A stretch of 64,000 nt of DNA from Parcubacteria group bacterium (GTDB lineage Bacteria > Patescibacteriota > Patescibacteriia > UBA1558 > GWA2-36-10), in assembly GCA_003104935.1 (NCBI GenBank), contig PQAE01000010.1:13768-77767 (forward strand), in the 5' to 3' direction. The notes under the pieces are model-generated. The model made no database searches and was not told where the DNA came from. It saw only the letters and a list, made by a program, of their open reading frames with translations. Position numbers and translations under genes: made by a program. Below, piece by piece: positions 19,080 through 29,649 of the stretch (its first letter is position 1; each line of letters opens with the position of its first letter).

Positions 19080-20357
19080 TTAAAATCCTTCATAATCTCG
19101 CATAATCAATTGAGCGTCTATCTGCTTGACGGTTTCAATCACCACCGCCACCACGATCAGCAGACTGGTGCCGCCGATGCGCATAGTGCCGACGCCGGTA
19201 AGCGGCGCGACCACGGTCGGCAACACGGCGATCACACCCAAAAATACCGCTCCCGCTAAAATAATCCGGTTCATGACCATATTGAGATAATCCGAAGTAT
19301 TGCGACCCGGTCTGATGCCCGGGATAAATCCGCCTTGTTTTTGGAGATTTTCCGCGATCTGTTGGGGTTTAAAAATGACGGAAGTATAAAAATAAGTAAA
19401 CAGGAAAACCATTAAAAAATAAAAAACATCATAAAAGACCCGGCCCTTGAACAAATCAATGATCCATTGTGAGGCGCCGGCTAACCAGGCCATACTGGAG
19501 TGCAGAAAAAACTGCGCTACCATCGGGGGAAAGATAATCACGGAAACGGCAAAGATGATCGGAATCACGCCAGCCTGATTTACCCGCAAAGGCAAATGGG
19601 TTCTCACTCCGCCTACGCTCTTTTGACCGACCATATGGCGGGCATAAGAGACGGGTATATTTCTGGTGCCCTCTGTGATTAAGACTATGGCGGCAATAGT
19701 TATCAGAGCAATTAAAACGAAAATTACTAAATTTAATACCATGCTATTATCAAAAGCAATCAAGGTATTTCTTACTCCCTGGGGAATACCGGTCACTATG
19801 CCGGTAAAAATCAGTAGTGAAACGCCATTGCCGATATGTTTTTCACTGATCAACTCTCCCAGCCACATTAAAAACATGGTGCCGGCCGTAACAATAACCA
19901 GAGTGGTAAAGAGTTGCATACCACTGAGGCCTAAGAGTAGTTGGCCCTGACTCTGGGCGGACAAAATACGGACATAGCCATAACCCTGTAGCATAGCTAA
20001 AGGCACGGTTAAAATCCTGGTGTATTGATTTATTTTTTGCTGGCCATACTCCCCTTCTTTGGACAGGGCTTCAAACTTGGGCACAATCATCGTCAGTAGC
20101 TGGAGGATAATCGAAGCGGTGATATATGGTCCTACTCCCAGCATCACCACGGAAAAATTTTCCATGGCCCCGCCGGAAAACAAATTAATTAAGCCCAAAA
20201 CTTGGTTGCTGGAAAAATATCCTTTCAGCTGGGAAGCATCTACGCCCGGCACCGGTATATGGGCGGCGATTCTAAAAACAACCAACAGAGCCAGCACATA
20301 CAAGATGCTGTTGCGGATGTCTTTGGCCTTCCAAATTTGTTGGAGCTTGTTTAACAT
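19080..20357 (-). CDS. secY: Preprotein translocase SecY
   Basis: LGVGPYITASII, GIGNG-like motif, GVIPIIFA, FIPGIRPG, GGTSLLIVV. Confidence 0.99.
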   Translation of the reverse strand: MLNKLQQIWKAKDIRNSILYVLALLVVFRIAAHIPVPGVDASQLKGYFSSNQVLGLINLFSGGAMENFSVVMLGVGPYITASIILQLLTMIVPKFEALSKEGEYGQQKINQYTRILTVPLAMLQGYGYVRILSAQSQGQLLLGLSGMQLFTTLVIVTAGTMFLMWLGELISEKHIGNGVSLLIFTGIVTGIPQGVRNTLIAFDNSMVLNLVIFVLIALITIAAIVLITEGTRNIPVSYARHMVGQKSVGGVRTHLPLRVNQAGVIPIIFAVSVIIFPPMVAQFFLHSSMAWLAGASQWIIDLFKGRVFYDVFYFLMVFLFTYFYTSVIFKPQQIAENLQKQGGFIPGIRPGRNTSDYLNMVMNRIILAGAVFLGVIAVLPTVVAPLTGVGTMRIGGTSLLIVVAVVIETVKQIDAQLIMRDYEGF

Positions 20358-20363
20358 AATATT

Positions 20364-20858
20364 TTATTCAGTTTTATTTTCAGACTGAATGCCGTTCGGC
20401 TCAACCGCGGGCGGATTGATGATGACCGCCTCACCGCCGGCCCGGCTTATCTGTTCTAAGGCTTGTTTAGAAAAAGCATTTGCTTCGATCTTTAAACTCT
20501 TAACGAGCTTTCCTTTGGCTAATATCTTTATGCCCGCCTTAATGTCCCGAGCTAAGCCGGCTTTAACCAGCGTGCGAAAATTTATCGTGTCACCGGATTT
20601 AAATAAGCGCTCCAAGTCTCCGGTGTTAACCGCCTGCATTTTAGAATAAAAAGACTTAAAACCCCGCACTTTGGGGATGCGCAGCATAAAACTTTTGATG
20701 CTTTTGACCTTCAAACCGACTCGGCCGCCAGATCTGGCTTTTTGTCCTTTGATACCCCGACCGGAATAATTACCCGCACCGGAAGCATTGCCGCGTCCCC
20801 GGCGTTTGCCGGAGCGACGATTTGATTTATTTTTTGCTAAATTATGCAAAGTCAACAT
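20364..20858 (-). CDS. rplO: 50S ribosomal protein L15
   Basis: RRGRGNASGAGNYSGRGIKGQKARSG; synteny. Confidence 0.97.
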   Translation of the reverse strand: MLTLHNLAKNKSNRRSGKRRGRGNASGAGNYSGRGIKGQKARSGGRVGLKVKSIKSFMLRIPKVRGFKSFYSKMQAVNTGDLERLFKSGDTINFRTLVKAGLARDIKAGIKILAKGKLVKSLKIEANAFSKQALEQISRAGGEAVIINPPAVEPNGIQSENKTE

Positions 20859-20862
20859 ATAT

Positions 20863-21504
20863 TTATTTCTTTATTTCCACTTGATCTTTAGGACCGGAAG
20901 TAATAGTCGCTTTGGGACCGCGGCTCTTAAAATTCTTAGCCCGGTTAAAAGCCCGAGGTACGAAAGACTTCAGTGCGATGATGGTAGCTTCGGCGTTATT
21001 TAGTTTGTTGCTGGTACCCAGGATTTTAGCGGCGGCGTCTTTGACTCCGGCTAATTCTAAAACAATACGCATCACGCCGCCGGCTTTGATGCCGCTTCCG
21101 GCGCGAGCCGGCTTAATCATCACGAAAGCCGCTCCTTCTTTTATCGTTACCGGATGAGGAACCGTGCCTTCAATAATCGGCACATGAATCAAGTGCTTTT
21201 TAGCCTTGGTTACAGCTTTGGAAATAGCCATAGAAACATCTACGCCTTTGGCAATACCGACACCTACCCGCCCTTTTTTATCACCGACCACCATACAGGC
21301 GCGGAACTTCATTCTTTTGCCACCGGCCATCACTCTGGTCACACGGGCCAGGTCAACGATCTTCTGTTCAAATTCTTCCACCGGACGGCTAAAAGAACCC
21401 TTGCCGCCTGAGCGACGGGGTCTAGCGGACGGATGGCGATGTGCGGAGCGCACTACATCCGGCTTGACCACTGCCTTGACTTCCGTTGTATTTTTTTCTT
21501 CCAT
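20863..21504 (-). CDS. rpsE: 30S ribosomal protein S5
   Basis: RVTRVMAGGKRMKFRACMVVGD. Confidence 0.98.
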   Translation of the reverse strand: MEEKNTTEVKAVVKPDVVRSAHRHPSARPRRSGGKGSFSRPVEEFEQKIVDLARVTRVMAGGKRMKFRACMVVGDKKGRVGVGIAKGVDVSMAISKAVTKAKKHLIHVPIIEGTVPHPVTIKEGAAFVMIKPARAGSGIKAGGVMRIVLELAGVKDAAAKILGTSNKLNNAEATIIALKSFVPRAFNRAKNFKSRGPKATITSGPKDQVEIKK

Positions 21505-21513
21505 GTTATTAAT

Positions 21514-21870
21514 TTAAAATTTTATACCCGCTTGTCTGATGCCTTCGGCCAGAGCTTTGACGCGGCCGTGATATTTATAGGCACCGCGGTCAAAAATGAT
21601 CGCCGTGATGTTCTGGTCGCTCAATTTTTTTCCAAAAGCCACACCGACAGACAGAGCTTTATCGGTCTTATGTCCTTTGGCCTTAATCTCCTGATCGGAA
21701 ACCGACGCTAAAGTGCGGCCGCTGACATCATCAATAGCCTGCACTTTGATATGCGACAAACTCCGAAATACAGAAACGCGGGGCTTAAGTGCCGTGCCGC
21801 TGATCTTGAATCTGGTACGGTGTTGCCGGCGTAAATATTTTTCCTTTTTAACCTTATTTTTATCTATCAT
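21514..21870 (-). CDS. rplR: 50S ribosomal protein L18
   Basis: PRVSVFRS...FDRGAYKYHGRVKALAE. Confidence 0.98.
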   Translation of the reverse strand: MIDKNKVKKEKYLRRQHRTRFKISGTALKPRVSVFRSLSHIKVQAIDDVSGRTLASVSDQEIKAKGHKTDKALSVGVAFGKKLSDQNITAIIFDRGAYKYHGRVKALAEGIRQAGIKF

Positions 21871-21881
21871 AACTTTATATA

Positions 21882-22439
21882 TTAGGCGGCTTTGACTACC
21901 TTGCCAGCTTTACGACGAATAACTTCATTAGTATATTTAATACCCTTACCCTTATAAGGTTCGGGTTTTTTTATGGCTCGGATTTCGGCCGCTATTTGTC
22001 CGACCAACTGCTTATCAATGCCGACAATTTTAATCTGGTTTTTTTCCACTTCCGCATTGATGCCGGCCGGCAAATTAAACTCTACCGGATGGGAAAAACC
22101 GACATTTAACACCAATTTCTTGCCCTGTAGAGTTACCTTGAAGCCAACACCGTTTATTTCTAATTCTTTGCTATAGCCCTGAGTCACGCCGATGATGGCA
22201 TTATTGACTAAAGTCCGACTTAGCCCCCAAACCGCTCTCTGGTATTTGTCGTTTTCTTTCACCACCGTAAAATTCAAATTTTTATCGGTCAGTTCGACGC
22301 TGACCATCTTGGGTATCACAATATCTAGGGCGCCTTTACTGCCTTTGACAGCCACGTGAAAACCATCGGTTGCGTTGCCGGAAATCTTGGCTTCCACGCC
22401 CGTTGGTAAGACAATTGGTTTTTTTCCTATTCTTGACAT
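21882..22439 (-). CDS. rplF: 50S ribosomal protein L6
   Basis: MSRIGKKPI...PEPYKGKGIKY. Confidence 0.99.
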   Translation of the reverse strand: MSRIGKKPIVLPTGVEAKISGNATDGFHVAVKGSKGALDIVIPKMVSVELTDKNLNFTVVKENDKYQRAVWGLSRTLVNNAIIGVTQGYSKELEINGVGFKVTLQGKKLVLNVGFSHPVEFNLPAGINAEVEKNQIKIVGIDKQLVGQIAAEIRAIKKPEPYKGKGIKYTNEVIRRKAGKVVKAA

Positions 22440-22532
22440 ATATTTATTATTGCTTATTGCGTATACTTATGGCTCATGAATAAATTGAATTTTTCTTTTG
22501 CTGTCCGCCAGGTGCCATAGGTTATTTGCTGA

Positions 22533-22922
22533 TTACCAGATCTCACACATTAATTCACCGCCGATGTTTTGCTTTTTAGCCATCTGGCTAGTCATCACGC
22601 CTTGGGAAGTAGAAATAATAGCCGAGCCATAACCGTTTAAAATCCGTGGCATTTCCTGGCCGGAAATATAAATCCTCTGTCCGGGACGGGAAATACGCCG
22701 GATATGATGAATAGCCGGGCCCTGTTCATTGTATTTAAGCACAATCTTCAACTCGTCAAACTGCCCGATCTTAACTTTTTCTACTTTAGCCACATAATTT
22801 TCCTGCTCCAGTAGTTTGGCGATATTATACTTAATTTTTGAGAACGGCAAAATTACCTCTGACTTTTTTACAGCCACAGCATTGCGTATTCTTGTTAACA
22901 TGTCTGCAATGGTATCCGTCAT
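22533..22922 (-). CDS. rpsH: 30S ribosomal protein S8
   Basis: DTIADMLTRIRNA...ISRPGQRIY...GGELMCEIW. Confidence 0.99.
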   Translation of the reverse strand: MTDTIADMLTRIRNAVAVKKSEVILPFSKIKYNIAKLLEQENYVAKVEKVKIGQFDELKIVLKYNEQGPAIHHIRRISRPGQRIYISGQEMPRILNGYGSAIISTSQGVMTSQMAKKQNIGGELMCEIW

Positions 22923-22963
22923 ATGGAATCTATGTTTATTATCTTTTAATTATATAAATTAAT

Positions 22964-23149
22964 TTACCAACTGGATTTAGTAATGCCGGGAATCTCGCCC
23001 TTATCGGCTAATTCCCGAAAACAAATACGGCACATATTAAACTGGCGCATATAAGCCCGCTGCCGTCCGCAACGCCAACAGCGGCGCACTTTACGTGTAG
23101 AAAATTTGGGCTTTCTTTTGGATTTCGCGATTTGTGATTTGATAGCCAT
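22964..23149 (-). CDS. rpsN: 30S ribosomal protein S14, zinc-binding type Z
   Basis: RCWRCGR...MCRICFRE. Confidence 0.98.
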   Translation of the reverse strand: MAIKSQIAKSKRKPKFSTRKVRRCWRCGRQRAYMRQFNMCRICFRELADKGEIPGITKSSW

Positions 23150-23151
23150 AT

Positions 23152-23706
23152 TTATTTCTTTTTATCTTGCTTAAAGGGAAATCCCAGAGCGCGGAGTAAT
23201 GCCAAGGCCTGCTGATTATTTTTGGCAGTAGTATTGATGGCCACTTCCAGGCCGTGTACTTTATCGACGTCGTCCATACCGATCTCCGGAAAGACAATGT
23301 GCTCTTTAAAGCCGATGATATAATTTCCCCGGCCGTCAAAACCCTTACGGGTATCCAGTCCGAAAAAATCGCGCAAACGCGGCATGGCCGAATTGGTCAG
23401 CTTTTCTAAAAAATCGTACATCCGTTTGCCGCGCAAAGTCACTTTAGAGCCGATGACCATACCCTCTCTGATTTTAAAATTGGAAATGGACTTACGGGCT
23501 TTGGTTTCCACCGGTTTTTGGCCGGAAATTCTTTCCAAAATGGAACGAGCAATCTCAATCCACTGTTTGTCGGCTACCGCCCGGCTCAGTCCGATATTAA
23601 TAACCACCTTACTGGCCTTAGGGACGGCTAGTAAATTTTTCAGGCCCAGTTCTTTACTCAGTTGGGGCCGGATGGACTTTTGATATTTTTCTAATAAGGT
23701 AGACAT
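23152..23706 (-). CDS. rplE: 50S ribosomal protein L5
   Basis: ISGQKP...[13 protein letters not shown]...FDGRGNY. Confidence 0.99.
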   Translation of the reverse strand: MSTLLEKYQKSIRPQLSKELGLKNLLAVPKASKVVINIGLSRAVADKQWIEIARSILERISGQKPVETKARKSISNFKIREGMVIGSKVTLRGKRMYDFLEKLTNSAMPRLRDFFGLDTRKGFDGRGNYIIGFKEHIVFPEIGMDDVDKVHGLEVAINTTAKNNQQALALLRALGFPFKQDKKK

Positions 23707-23708
23707 AT

Positions 23709-24041
23709 TTAATCAATTATTTCTTTACATTTCCTGCAAAACCTCTCTTTGATCTTTTTATTGGTAGCCGAAGAGGCTAATCTCATGCCTACGCGGGAAT
23801 TTCGGCCGCATTTGGGACAGACTAAAATGACGTTACTGATGGCGATCGGTCCGTTGAACTGCACCCGCTGGCCCTTTTCCCCCTTTTTTTGGGGACGCAT
23901 GTGTTTGTACATGACATTAATGCCCTCCACGACCAATTTTTTCATGTCGGGCAGTATCTGTAGCACTTTGCCGGTTTTGCCTTTGTCCTTACCGGAGCTA
24001 ACGGCTACTTTATCATTTACTTTTATCTTATATTTATTCAT
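23709..24041 (-). CDS. rplX: 50S ribosomal protein L24
   Basis: GKDKGKTGKV KOW motif; C-terminal CPKC...CRKC. Confidence 0.98.
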   Translation of the reverse strand: MNKYKIKVNDKVAVSSGKDKGKTGKVLQILPDMKKLVVEGINVMYKHMRPQKKGEKGQRVQFNGPIAISNVILVCPKCGRNSRVGMRLASSATNKKIKERFCRKCKEIID

Positions 24042-24045
24042 ATAC

Positions 24046-24417
24046 TTATAATACTTCCGGGGCTAAGGATAAAATCTTGTTATAGCCCTTGGCTCTGAGT
24101 TCTCTGGCTACCGGTCCAAAAATACGGGAACCCTTGGGTTCTTTAGTTTTCCGATCGACGATTACCACCGCGTTTTCATCAAAACGAATATAGGTACCGT
24201 TGGAGCGGCGAGTCTCTTTGCGTTGGCGGACAATCACGGCCTGTAAGACCTGGCTCTTTTTGACCTGAGCATGCGGCTGAGCATCCTTGACCACCACCGT
24301 GATCAGATCACCCAGATGACCGTATCTTTTTTTATAACCGCCTAAAACCCGGATGCACTGCACGAGCTTAGCACCGGAGTTATCGGCAACTTTTAACATG
24401 GACCTTAACTGAATCAT
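24046..24417 (-). CDS. rplN: 50S ribosomal protein L14
   Basis: [17 protein letters not shown]; start moved to ATG 24417. Confidence 0.99.
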   Translation of the reverse strand: MIQLRSMLKVADNSGAKLVQCIRVLGGYKKRYGHLGDLITVVVKDAQPHAQVKKSQVLQAVIVRQRKETRRSNGTYIRFDENAVVIVDRKTKEPKGSRIFGPVARELRAKGYNKILSLAPEVL

Positions 24418-24427
24418 ATAACAATTA

Positions 24428-24676
24428 CTATTTAATCTTTTTGATAACACGCCAGCGCTTATCGCGCGACAGCGGACGACAGGCTTCGATCTGCACTAAA
24501 TCACCGACCTGATATTCATTCTTCTCATCGTGAGCTTTAAACTTTTTGGTCGCTTTGTATCTCTTTTTATACTTAGGATGAATCTTAATGCTCACGATCT
24601 TAACCACGACGGTCTTAGCCATCTTATTGGCGACCACTTCACCGGTTAATTTTCTTTTGTTTGTTGACGTTGTCAT
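24428..24676 (-). CDS. rpsQ: 30S ribosomal protein S17
   Basis: [14 protein letters not shown]...HPKYKK...[10 protein letters not shown]. Confidence 0.98.
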   Translation of the reverse strand: MTTSTNKRKLTGEVVANKMAKTVVVKIVSIKIHPKYKKRYKATKKFKAHDEKNEYQVGDLVQIEACRPLSRDKRWRVIKKIK

Positions 24677-24687
24677 TTCTTTAAAAA

Positions 24688-24891
24688 TTATTTTTTAGCC
24701 TCAGCCTGGCGGCGCTCATTTAATACCGTCAAGATTTTAGCCACATCTTTCTTGATCCGGCGAGCTTCGCGAACATTTTTTAATTGGTTGTTGGCCAAAC
24801 TAAAGCGCATCTCCCGGGTCTTCTTTCTCAGATCAATCAGTTGTTCCTGAAGTTTGTCTGTAACAATTTTTCTAATATCATTAACCTTCAT
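24688..24891 (-). CDS. rpmC: 50S ribosomal protein L29
   Basis: Synteny; [17 protein letters not shown]. Confidence 0.93.
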   Translation of the reverse strand: MKVNDIRKIVTDKLQEQLIDLRKKTREMRFSLANNQLKNVREARRIKKDVAKILTVLNERRQAEAKK

Positions 24892-24895
24892 ACCC

Positions 24896-25312
24896 TTATA
24901 TTAATTCCTTGGTAATAAATTTGCTTTTTACCGGCAATTTGTAAGCGGCCAGTTCTAAAGCGCGTTTACAGCTGGCTTTATCAGTGCCGCGCATTTCAAA
25001 CATCACGGTGCCGGGTTTGACCACAGCCACATAATGATCGACCGCTCCCTTACCTTTGCCCATGGGCATCTCACTGCCCTTCATAGTGATGGGCATATCC
25101 GGAAAAATACGAATATAGATTTCTCCGGTTCTTTCTATGTGACCGACAATAGCGCGGCGGGCGGCTTCGATCTGACGGGCGGTCACCCAGCCCGCTTCCA
25201 GACTCTTGAGGCCATAATCGCCAAAACTAATCCTAGTCATGCGGGTAGCTTTGCCCCGAATCTTATCGCTTCGCTGCCACTTGCGGTGTTTTTCTTTTTT
25301 TGGTGCTAACAT
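24896..25312 (-). CDS. rplP: 50S ribosomal protein L16
   Basis: QIEAARRAI...IRIFPD...MGKGKG...YKLPVK. Confidence 0.99.
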   Translation of the reverse strand: MLAPKKEKHRKWQRSDKIRGKATRMTRISFGDYGLKSLEAGWVTARQIEAARRAIVGHIERTGEIYIRIFPDMPITMKGSEMPMGKGKGAVDHYVAVVKPGTVMFEMRGTDKASCKRALELAAYKLPVKSKFITKELI

Positions 25313-25321
25313 ATATCTGTA

Positions 25322-26092
25322 TTATTTCTTGGTTTTAGCGGAACGAGTACTGGTGCGGCGCGGCTTGGTCTCTACAATCTGAACATCCAAGGTATCCTTG
25401 GAAAATAACTTAGCCGTCTTCATCGGTAGTTTAGGAGCCGTACTCTTTTCTTTCTTTTTATCAAAATACTCTCCCTTGTAAATCCACACTTTGATGCCGA
25501 TCACGCCGTAAACGGTATTAGCCACACCGCGGCTATAATCAATTTCGGCCCGGATAGTCTGCAAGGGCACGCTACCCTGGACCAGTTTTTCCGAGCGGGA
25601 TATTTCCGCGCCGTTCAGTCGTCCACCCACCATAATCTTTACTCCCTTGGCACCGGCCTTCATGACCTTGTCAATATTTTGTTTCATCACCCGACGGAAA
25701 GGAATTCTTTTCTCGATATCGGCGCGGATAGCTTCCACAATGACGCTGGCCGACAGGCTGGGTACGGAAACTTCGGTAATATTTACACTCAGCTTCATTT
25801 TCTTGCCTAAAAATTTGGCCTGTAATTTCTTTTTCAGATCTTCAATGCCACTACCGGCCCGGCCGATAATAAAACCTGGCTTGGCCGCACTGACGTTGAT
25901 AGTGATCTCGCCCCGGCTACGTTCGATCTCGATCCGGTCAACACCGGCCTCGCGTAATTCGCGATTTAAAAAGCGGCGGATGGTAACGTCTTGCTGTAGG
26001 AAAGCAGCAAAATCACGGCCGGCGTACCAGCGGGATCTCCACCGTTCGCTCTGCCCCATGCGGAATATTCTTGGATTTACTTTTTTACCCAT
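25322..26092 (-). CDS. rpsC: 30S ribosomal protein S3
   Basis: MGKKVNPRIFR...GRLNGAEISRSE...GVIGIKVWIYKGE. Confidence 0.99.
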   Translation of the reverse strand: MGKKVNPRIFRMGQSERWRSRWYAGRDFAAFLQQDVTIRRFLNRELREAGVDRIEIERSRGEITINVSAAKPGFIIGRAGSGIEDLKKKLQAKFLGKKMKLSVNITEVSVPSLSASVIVEAIRADIEKRIPFRRVMKQNIDKVMKAGAKGVKIMVGGRLNGAEISRSEKLVQGSVPLQTIRAEIDYSRGVANTVYGVIGIKVWIYKGEYFDKKKEKSTAPKLPMKTAKLFSKDTLDVQIVETKPRRTSTRSAKTKK

Positions 26093-26095
26093 ATA

Positions 26096-26620
26096 TTAAC
26101 CTTTTTTTACGTTTAAATTATCCTTGCCCTTGGCTAGCTTGGTTTGCCGGCCAAAAAATCCTTTTTTGGCTTCCACTTTAGTTTTGGTGTCCGTTACCGG
26201 GCCGTGAACGCGTTTATCAGTCTTGGTTAAATCAACAGTATCAATCTTTTGTTCGGTCTTTTCTTTGACAGTTACGGCAGCACCTTCTTTGCTGGCCACT
26301 ACTATCTCTACGTGAGCGGTGTGTTTGCGAAAAGGATGGGCTGTACCAAAAGCGGCCGGTTTCCAGCGTTTTAAATCTACCGATTTATTAACGATAATAC
26401 TTTTCACAAATAAATCTTCCGCTTTGACATCAAATTTGTTTTGAGCGTTAGCTACGGCGCTATTTAATAATTTAGCGACAATCGGCGCGGAACGCTTAAA
26501 AACCACCTGCAGTCGGGCTAATGCCTGAGGCACCGCTTGGCCGCGGATAACATCAGCCACCAAACGTATTTTCTTTGGTGACAAACCAATATTTTTTAAT
26601 TTTGCTTTGGCTTCTGGCAT
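26096..26620 (-). CDS. rplV: 50S ribosomal protein L22 with C-terminal extension
   Basis: SPKKIRLVADVIRG...KLLNSAVANA. Confidence 0.97.
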   Translation of the reverse strand: MPEAKAKLKNIGLSPKKIRLVADVIRGQAVPQALARLQVVFKRSAPIVAKLLNSAVANAQNKFDVKAEDLFVKSIIVNKSVDLKRWKPAAFGTAHPFRKHTAHVEIVVASKEGAAVTVKEKTEQKIDTVDLTKTDKRVHGPVTDTKTKVEAKKGFFGRQTKLAKGKDNLNVKKG

Positions 26621-26625
26621 ATAGA

Positions 26626-26913
26626 TTAACTTACTGCTGGTTCTTGGCCCTTGGCCATCTTACCGCCGTGCTTAACAAACTTTCTGGTAGAGGCAAATTC
26701 ACCCAGGCGATGGCCGACCATGTTTTCTACCACATGGACGGAAATATGCTCCCGGCCGTTATGAACGCCAAAAGTAAAACCAACCATCTCCGGAGTAATG
26801 ACCGAAGGGCGGGACCAGGTCTTGATGATTTTGCCTTCGTCCTGACGCAAATTACTGACTTTCTTTAGCAACTTAGGATCAGTGTAGGGGCCTTTTTTTA
26901 AACTTCTTGACAT
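26626..26913 (-). CDS. rpsS: 30S ribosomal protein S19
   Basis: [10 protein letters not shown]...[13 protein letters not shown]. Confidence 0.99.
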   Translation of the reverse strand: MSRSLKKGPYTDPKLLKKVSNLRQDEGKIIKTWSRPSVITPEMVGFTFGVHNGREHISVHVVENMVGHRLGEFASTRKFVKHGGKMAKGQEPAVS

Positions 26914-26940
26914 AAATAATTATTTTATCTACAGATTTTT

Positions 26941-27792
26941 TTAAACAATAGTCTGTCTGCTCTTGCGACGCTTGACGATAAATTTATTGGAAGACTTTTT
27001 CTCTTTGCGGGTCTTAATACCAAAAGCCGGCTTGCCGGTATAGGTCTTAGGATGCTTCATACCAATCGGGTGCTTACCCTCACCACCGCCGTGCGGATGA
27101 TCCACTGGATTCATCACTTTACCGCGCACGCTGGGACGGATACCCATATGACGTTTGCGACCGGCCTTGCCCACCCGGATATTGATGAATTCCGGATTAC
27201 TGGGAATACCGATAGTAGCCAAACAATCTACCGACACCGAACGGATTTCTCCGCTGGGCATCTTTAGTTGGGCTAAATCGTCATTAACCGTTAAAAAAGT
27301 TAAGCCGTTACCGGCCGAACGGGCCAGTTGTCCGCCTTTGCCCGGCGCCGTTTCTACATTATGCACTTCGGTGCCGGTCGGAATATATTTTAAAGGCAAA
27401 GCATTGCCTACTTTAATATCTACTTTTTTGTCTTTAGCAGAAATGATGCTATCTCCGGCTTTTAATTGGTCGGGGGCGATGATATAGCGTCTTTCCCCGT
27501 CGGCGTATAGAAGTAAGGCTAAATTAGCGCTACGATTAGGATCATATTGGATGGATTCTACTTTAGCGGGAATATCGTACTTGTCACGCTTAAAATCTAT
27601 CACCCGGGTAAACCGGCGGGCACCGCCGCCCTGGTGGCGCACACTGATCTTCCCCTGATTATTGCGGCCGGCCTGGCTCTTGCGAAATTTAAGCAGAGAT
27701 TTGTGCGGGCGGCCTTTACTAATCCCTTTACTCACTAAGACGCTGGTCTGCCGACGAGCGGAAGTAGTTGGTTTGTAAATCTTGATCGGCAT
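26941..27792 (-). CDS. rplB: 50S ribosomal protein L2
   Basis: [16 protein letters not shown]; [13 protein letters not shown]. Confidence 0.99.
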   Translation of the reverse strand: MPIKIYKPTTSARRQTSVLVSKGISKGRPHKSLLKFRKSQAGRNNQGKISVRHQGGGARRFTRVIDFKRDKYDIPAKVESIQYDPNRSANLALLLYADGERRYIIAPDQLKAGDSIISAKDKKVDIKVGNALPLKYIPTGTEVHNVETAPGKGGQLARSAGNGLTFLTVNDDLAQLKMPSGEIRSVSVDCLATIGIPSNPEFINIRVGKAGRKRHMGIRPSVRGKVMNPVDHPHGGGEGKHPIGMKHPKTYTGKPAFGIKTRKEKKSSNKFIVKRRKSRQTIV

Positions 27793-27795
27793 ATA

Positions 27796-28233
27796 TTAGA
27801 TTCCTTCGTATAATTTAATAGTCTGTCCCTTCTTCAGGGTGACGATAGCCTTTTTTATTTTTTTGGTCTTACCCATATGACGGCCAAAGCGGGCCTGATG
27901 GCTATCTTCGTTTATGATATTGACGCTCAGCGGCTTCACGCCGTAGATATCGGCAATAGCTTTTTTTATCTCTACCTTATTTGACCCGCGTGATACTTCA
28001 AAAACATATTTATTTAAAGATGCTCCGATGGTAGATTTTTCGGAAATAAGCGGACGCAATAATACTTTATGCGACAAAATATTCTGGCCCAAAGAAACTT
28101 TTTGTTGATCCTGGGCCCAGCTGGCCAATTTTTTCGGCGCCGGCGCTTTTTTTACGGCCGCTTTAATCTCGGCCGGTACTGCCATCGGCTTGTCGACCGC
28201 GCTGACTTTATTTTTTTTATTAAAAATTCCCAT
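27796..28233 (-). CDS. rplW: 50S ribosomal protein L23 with N-terminal extension
   Basis: LLRPLISEKS...KKAIVTLKKG. Confidence 0.96.
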   Translation of the reverse strand: MGIFNKKNKVSAVDKPMAVPAEIKAAVKKAPAPKKLASWAQDQQKVSLGQNILSHKVLLRPLISEKSTIGASLNKYVFEVSRGSNKVEIKKAIADIYGVKPLSVNIINEDSHQARFGRHMGKTKKIKKAIVTLKKGQTIKLYEGI

Positions 28234-28237
28234 ATAT

Positions 28238-28876
28238 TTACGCTAGGTATTGCTCCTTGATCTTTTCGATGATTTCTTTATTTAAAATTATGTACTGGCT
28301 GCCGAGCAAATCAACGACATTGAGACTACCAAAATAAATAGTTTTTACTTTAGGCAGATTGGTGGCCGACTTGACTATCGCCGTATCATTTACCTTGGTC
28401 ACAATCAAAGTAGATTTTCCCTTGCTCGGTAATTTATCCAGAGTTTGTTTTAGCAATTTAGTCTTGGGTTCGGCCAGTTTGTAGGCCTCTAATAAAATAA
28501 GTTTGCCGTCAATAACCCGGTCGCTGAGTATCATCAGTAGCGCCTGACGGCGCGCTTTTTTATTTATCTTAACCGCAAAATTTCTTTCCGCAGTCGGACC
28601 AAAAGTAATGCCGCCGCCGATCCAGAGCGGAGAACGGATGGAGCCGTGGCGGGCCCGGCCGGTGCCTTTTTGCTTCCAGGGTTTTTTACCGCCGCCGCGG
28701 ACATCGCCTCTGCCCTTGGTGTGGGCGATGGGTTGGCGGGAATTCTTTTGCTGAGCCAAAACAGCCGACTGGATCAAAACCGGATTTACTTTGACGCCAA
28801 ACAAAGCCGGATCCAGCACTTCAGTACCGGCCTCCTGGCCTTGCCAATCATAAACTTTTACTTTGATCTCTGCCAT
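28238..28876 (-). CDS. rplD: 50S ribosomal protein L4
   Basis: GGGKKPWKQKGTGRARHGSIRSPLW. Confidence 0.99.
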   Translation of the reverse strand: MAEIKVKVYDWQGQEAGTEVLDPALFGVKVNPVLIQSAVLAQQKNSRQPIAHTKGRGDVRGGGKKPWKQKGTGRARHGSIRSPLWIGGGITFGPTAERNFAVKINKKARRQALLMILSDRVIDGKLILLEAYKLAEPKTKLLKQTLDKLPSKGKSTLIVTKVNDTAIVKSATNLPKVKTIYFGSLNVVDLLGSQYIILNKEIIEKIKEQYLA

Positions 28877-28884
28877 ATTGATAA

Positions 28885-29649
28885 TTATTGCCGTTTCTCT
28901 TCACCGGCATTAGGAATAACTTCCTCTGCCTTGGTTTCTTCTTTAATTACTGGGACTTCATTTTTAACTTCTTCGGCCAAGACTTCCGGCTTAACCGCGA
29001 CTTCTTCAACTGATGCGATTTTCTTTTCCAGCGGAGTTAATTCTCCCTCACTGACAATCTCCAGTAGTGCTTGCCGTGATCCCGGCACAGCGCCTTTGAT
29101 ATATAAAAGATTTTTTTCCGGTTCAATATCAATCAGTTCTAAATTCCGGACAGTGATAGTGTCCACGCCCATGTGTCCGGCCATGCGAGTGCCTTTGAAA
29201 ACTCTCTGTGGCTCAGTGGAGCCGATAGAGCCAGGCATACGTTCCTGATCTTTGTGTCCATGAGTAGGCGGATGACCATGAAAACCATGTCTTTTTACTA
29301 CACCCTGAAATCCTTTACCTTTGGAAACTCCGGTCACGGTCAAGATATCACCAGGTCTAAAACTAGTAACATCAAAAGCCTGACCGCGTTCTAATTTATT
29401 TTTATCATCAATATTAAATTCGCGTAAATATCGAAAATTAGCCAAACCCTTGAGGTGTCCGGCCAGGGGCTTACTGACCTGGCGACGCTTACCAAAACCA
29501 ATCTGCACGGCCTGATATCCGTCCTTTTCCCCTTTGACCTGCACCACGGTGCAGGGGCCAGCTTCTACCACGGTCACGGGCATTACCCGGCCGTCTGGTA
29601 AAAATTTCTGGGTCATATTCAGTTTTTTGCCTAGTATAAATTTGGCCAT
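28885..29649 (-). CDS. rplC: 50S ribosomal protein L3 with acidic C-terminal tail
   Basis: SKGKGFQGVVKRHGF...MAGHMG. Confidence 0.99.
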   Translation of the reverse strand: MAKFILGKKLNMTQKFLPDGRVMPVTVVEAGPCTVVQVKGEKDGYQAVQIGFGKRRQVSKPLAGHLKGLANFRYLREFNIDDKNKLERGQAFDVTSFRPGDILTVTGVSKGKGFQGVVKRHGFHGHPPTHGHKDQERMPGSIGSTEPQRVFKGTRMAGHMGVDTITVRNLELIDIEPEKNLLYIKGAVPGSRQALLEIVSEGELTPLEKKIASVEEVAVKPEVLAEEVKNEVPVIKEETKAEEVIPNAGEEKRQ

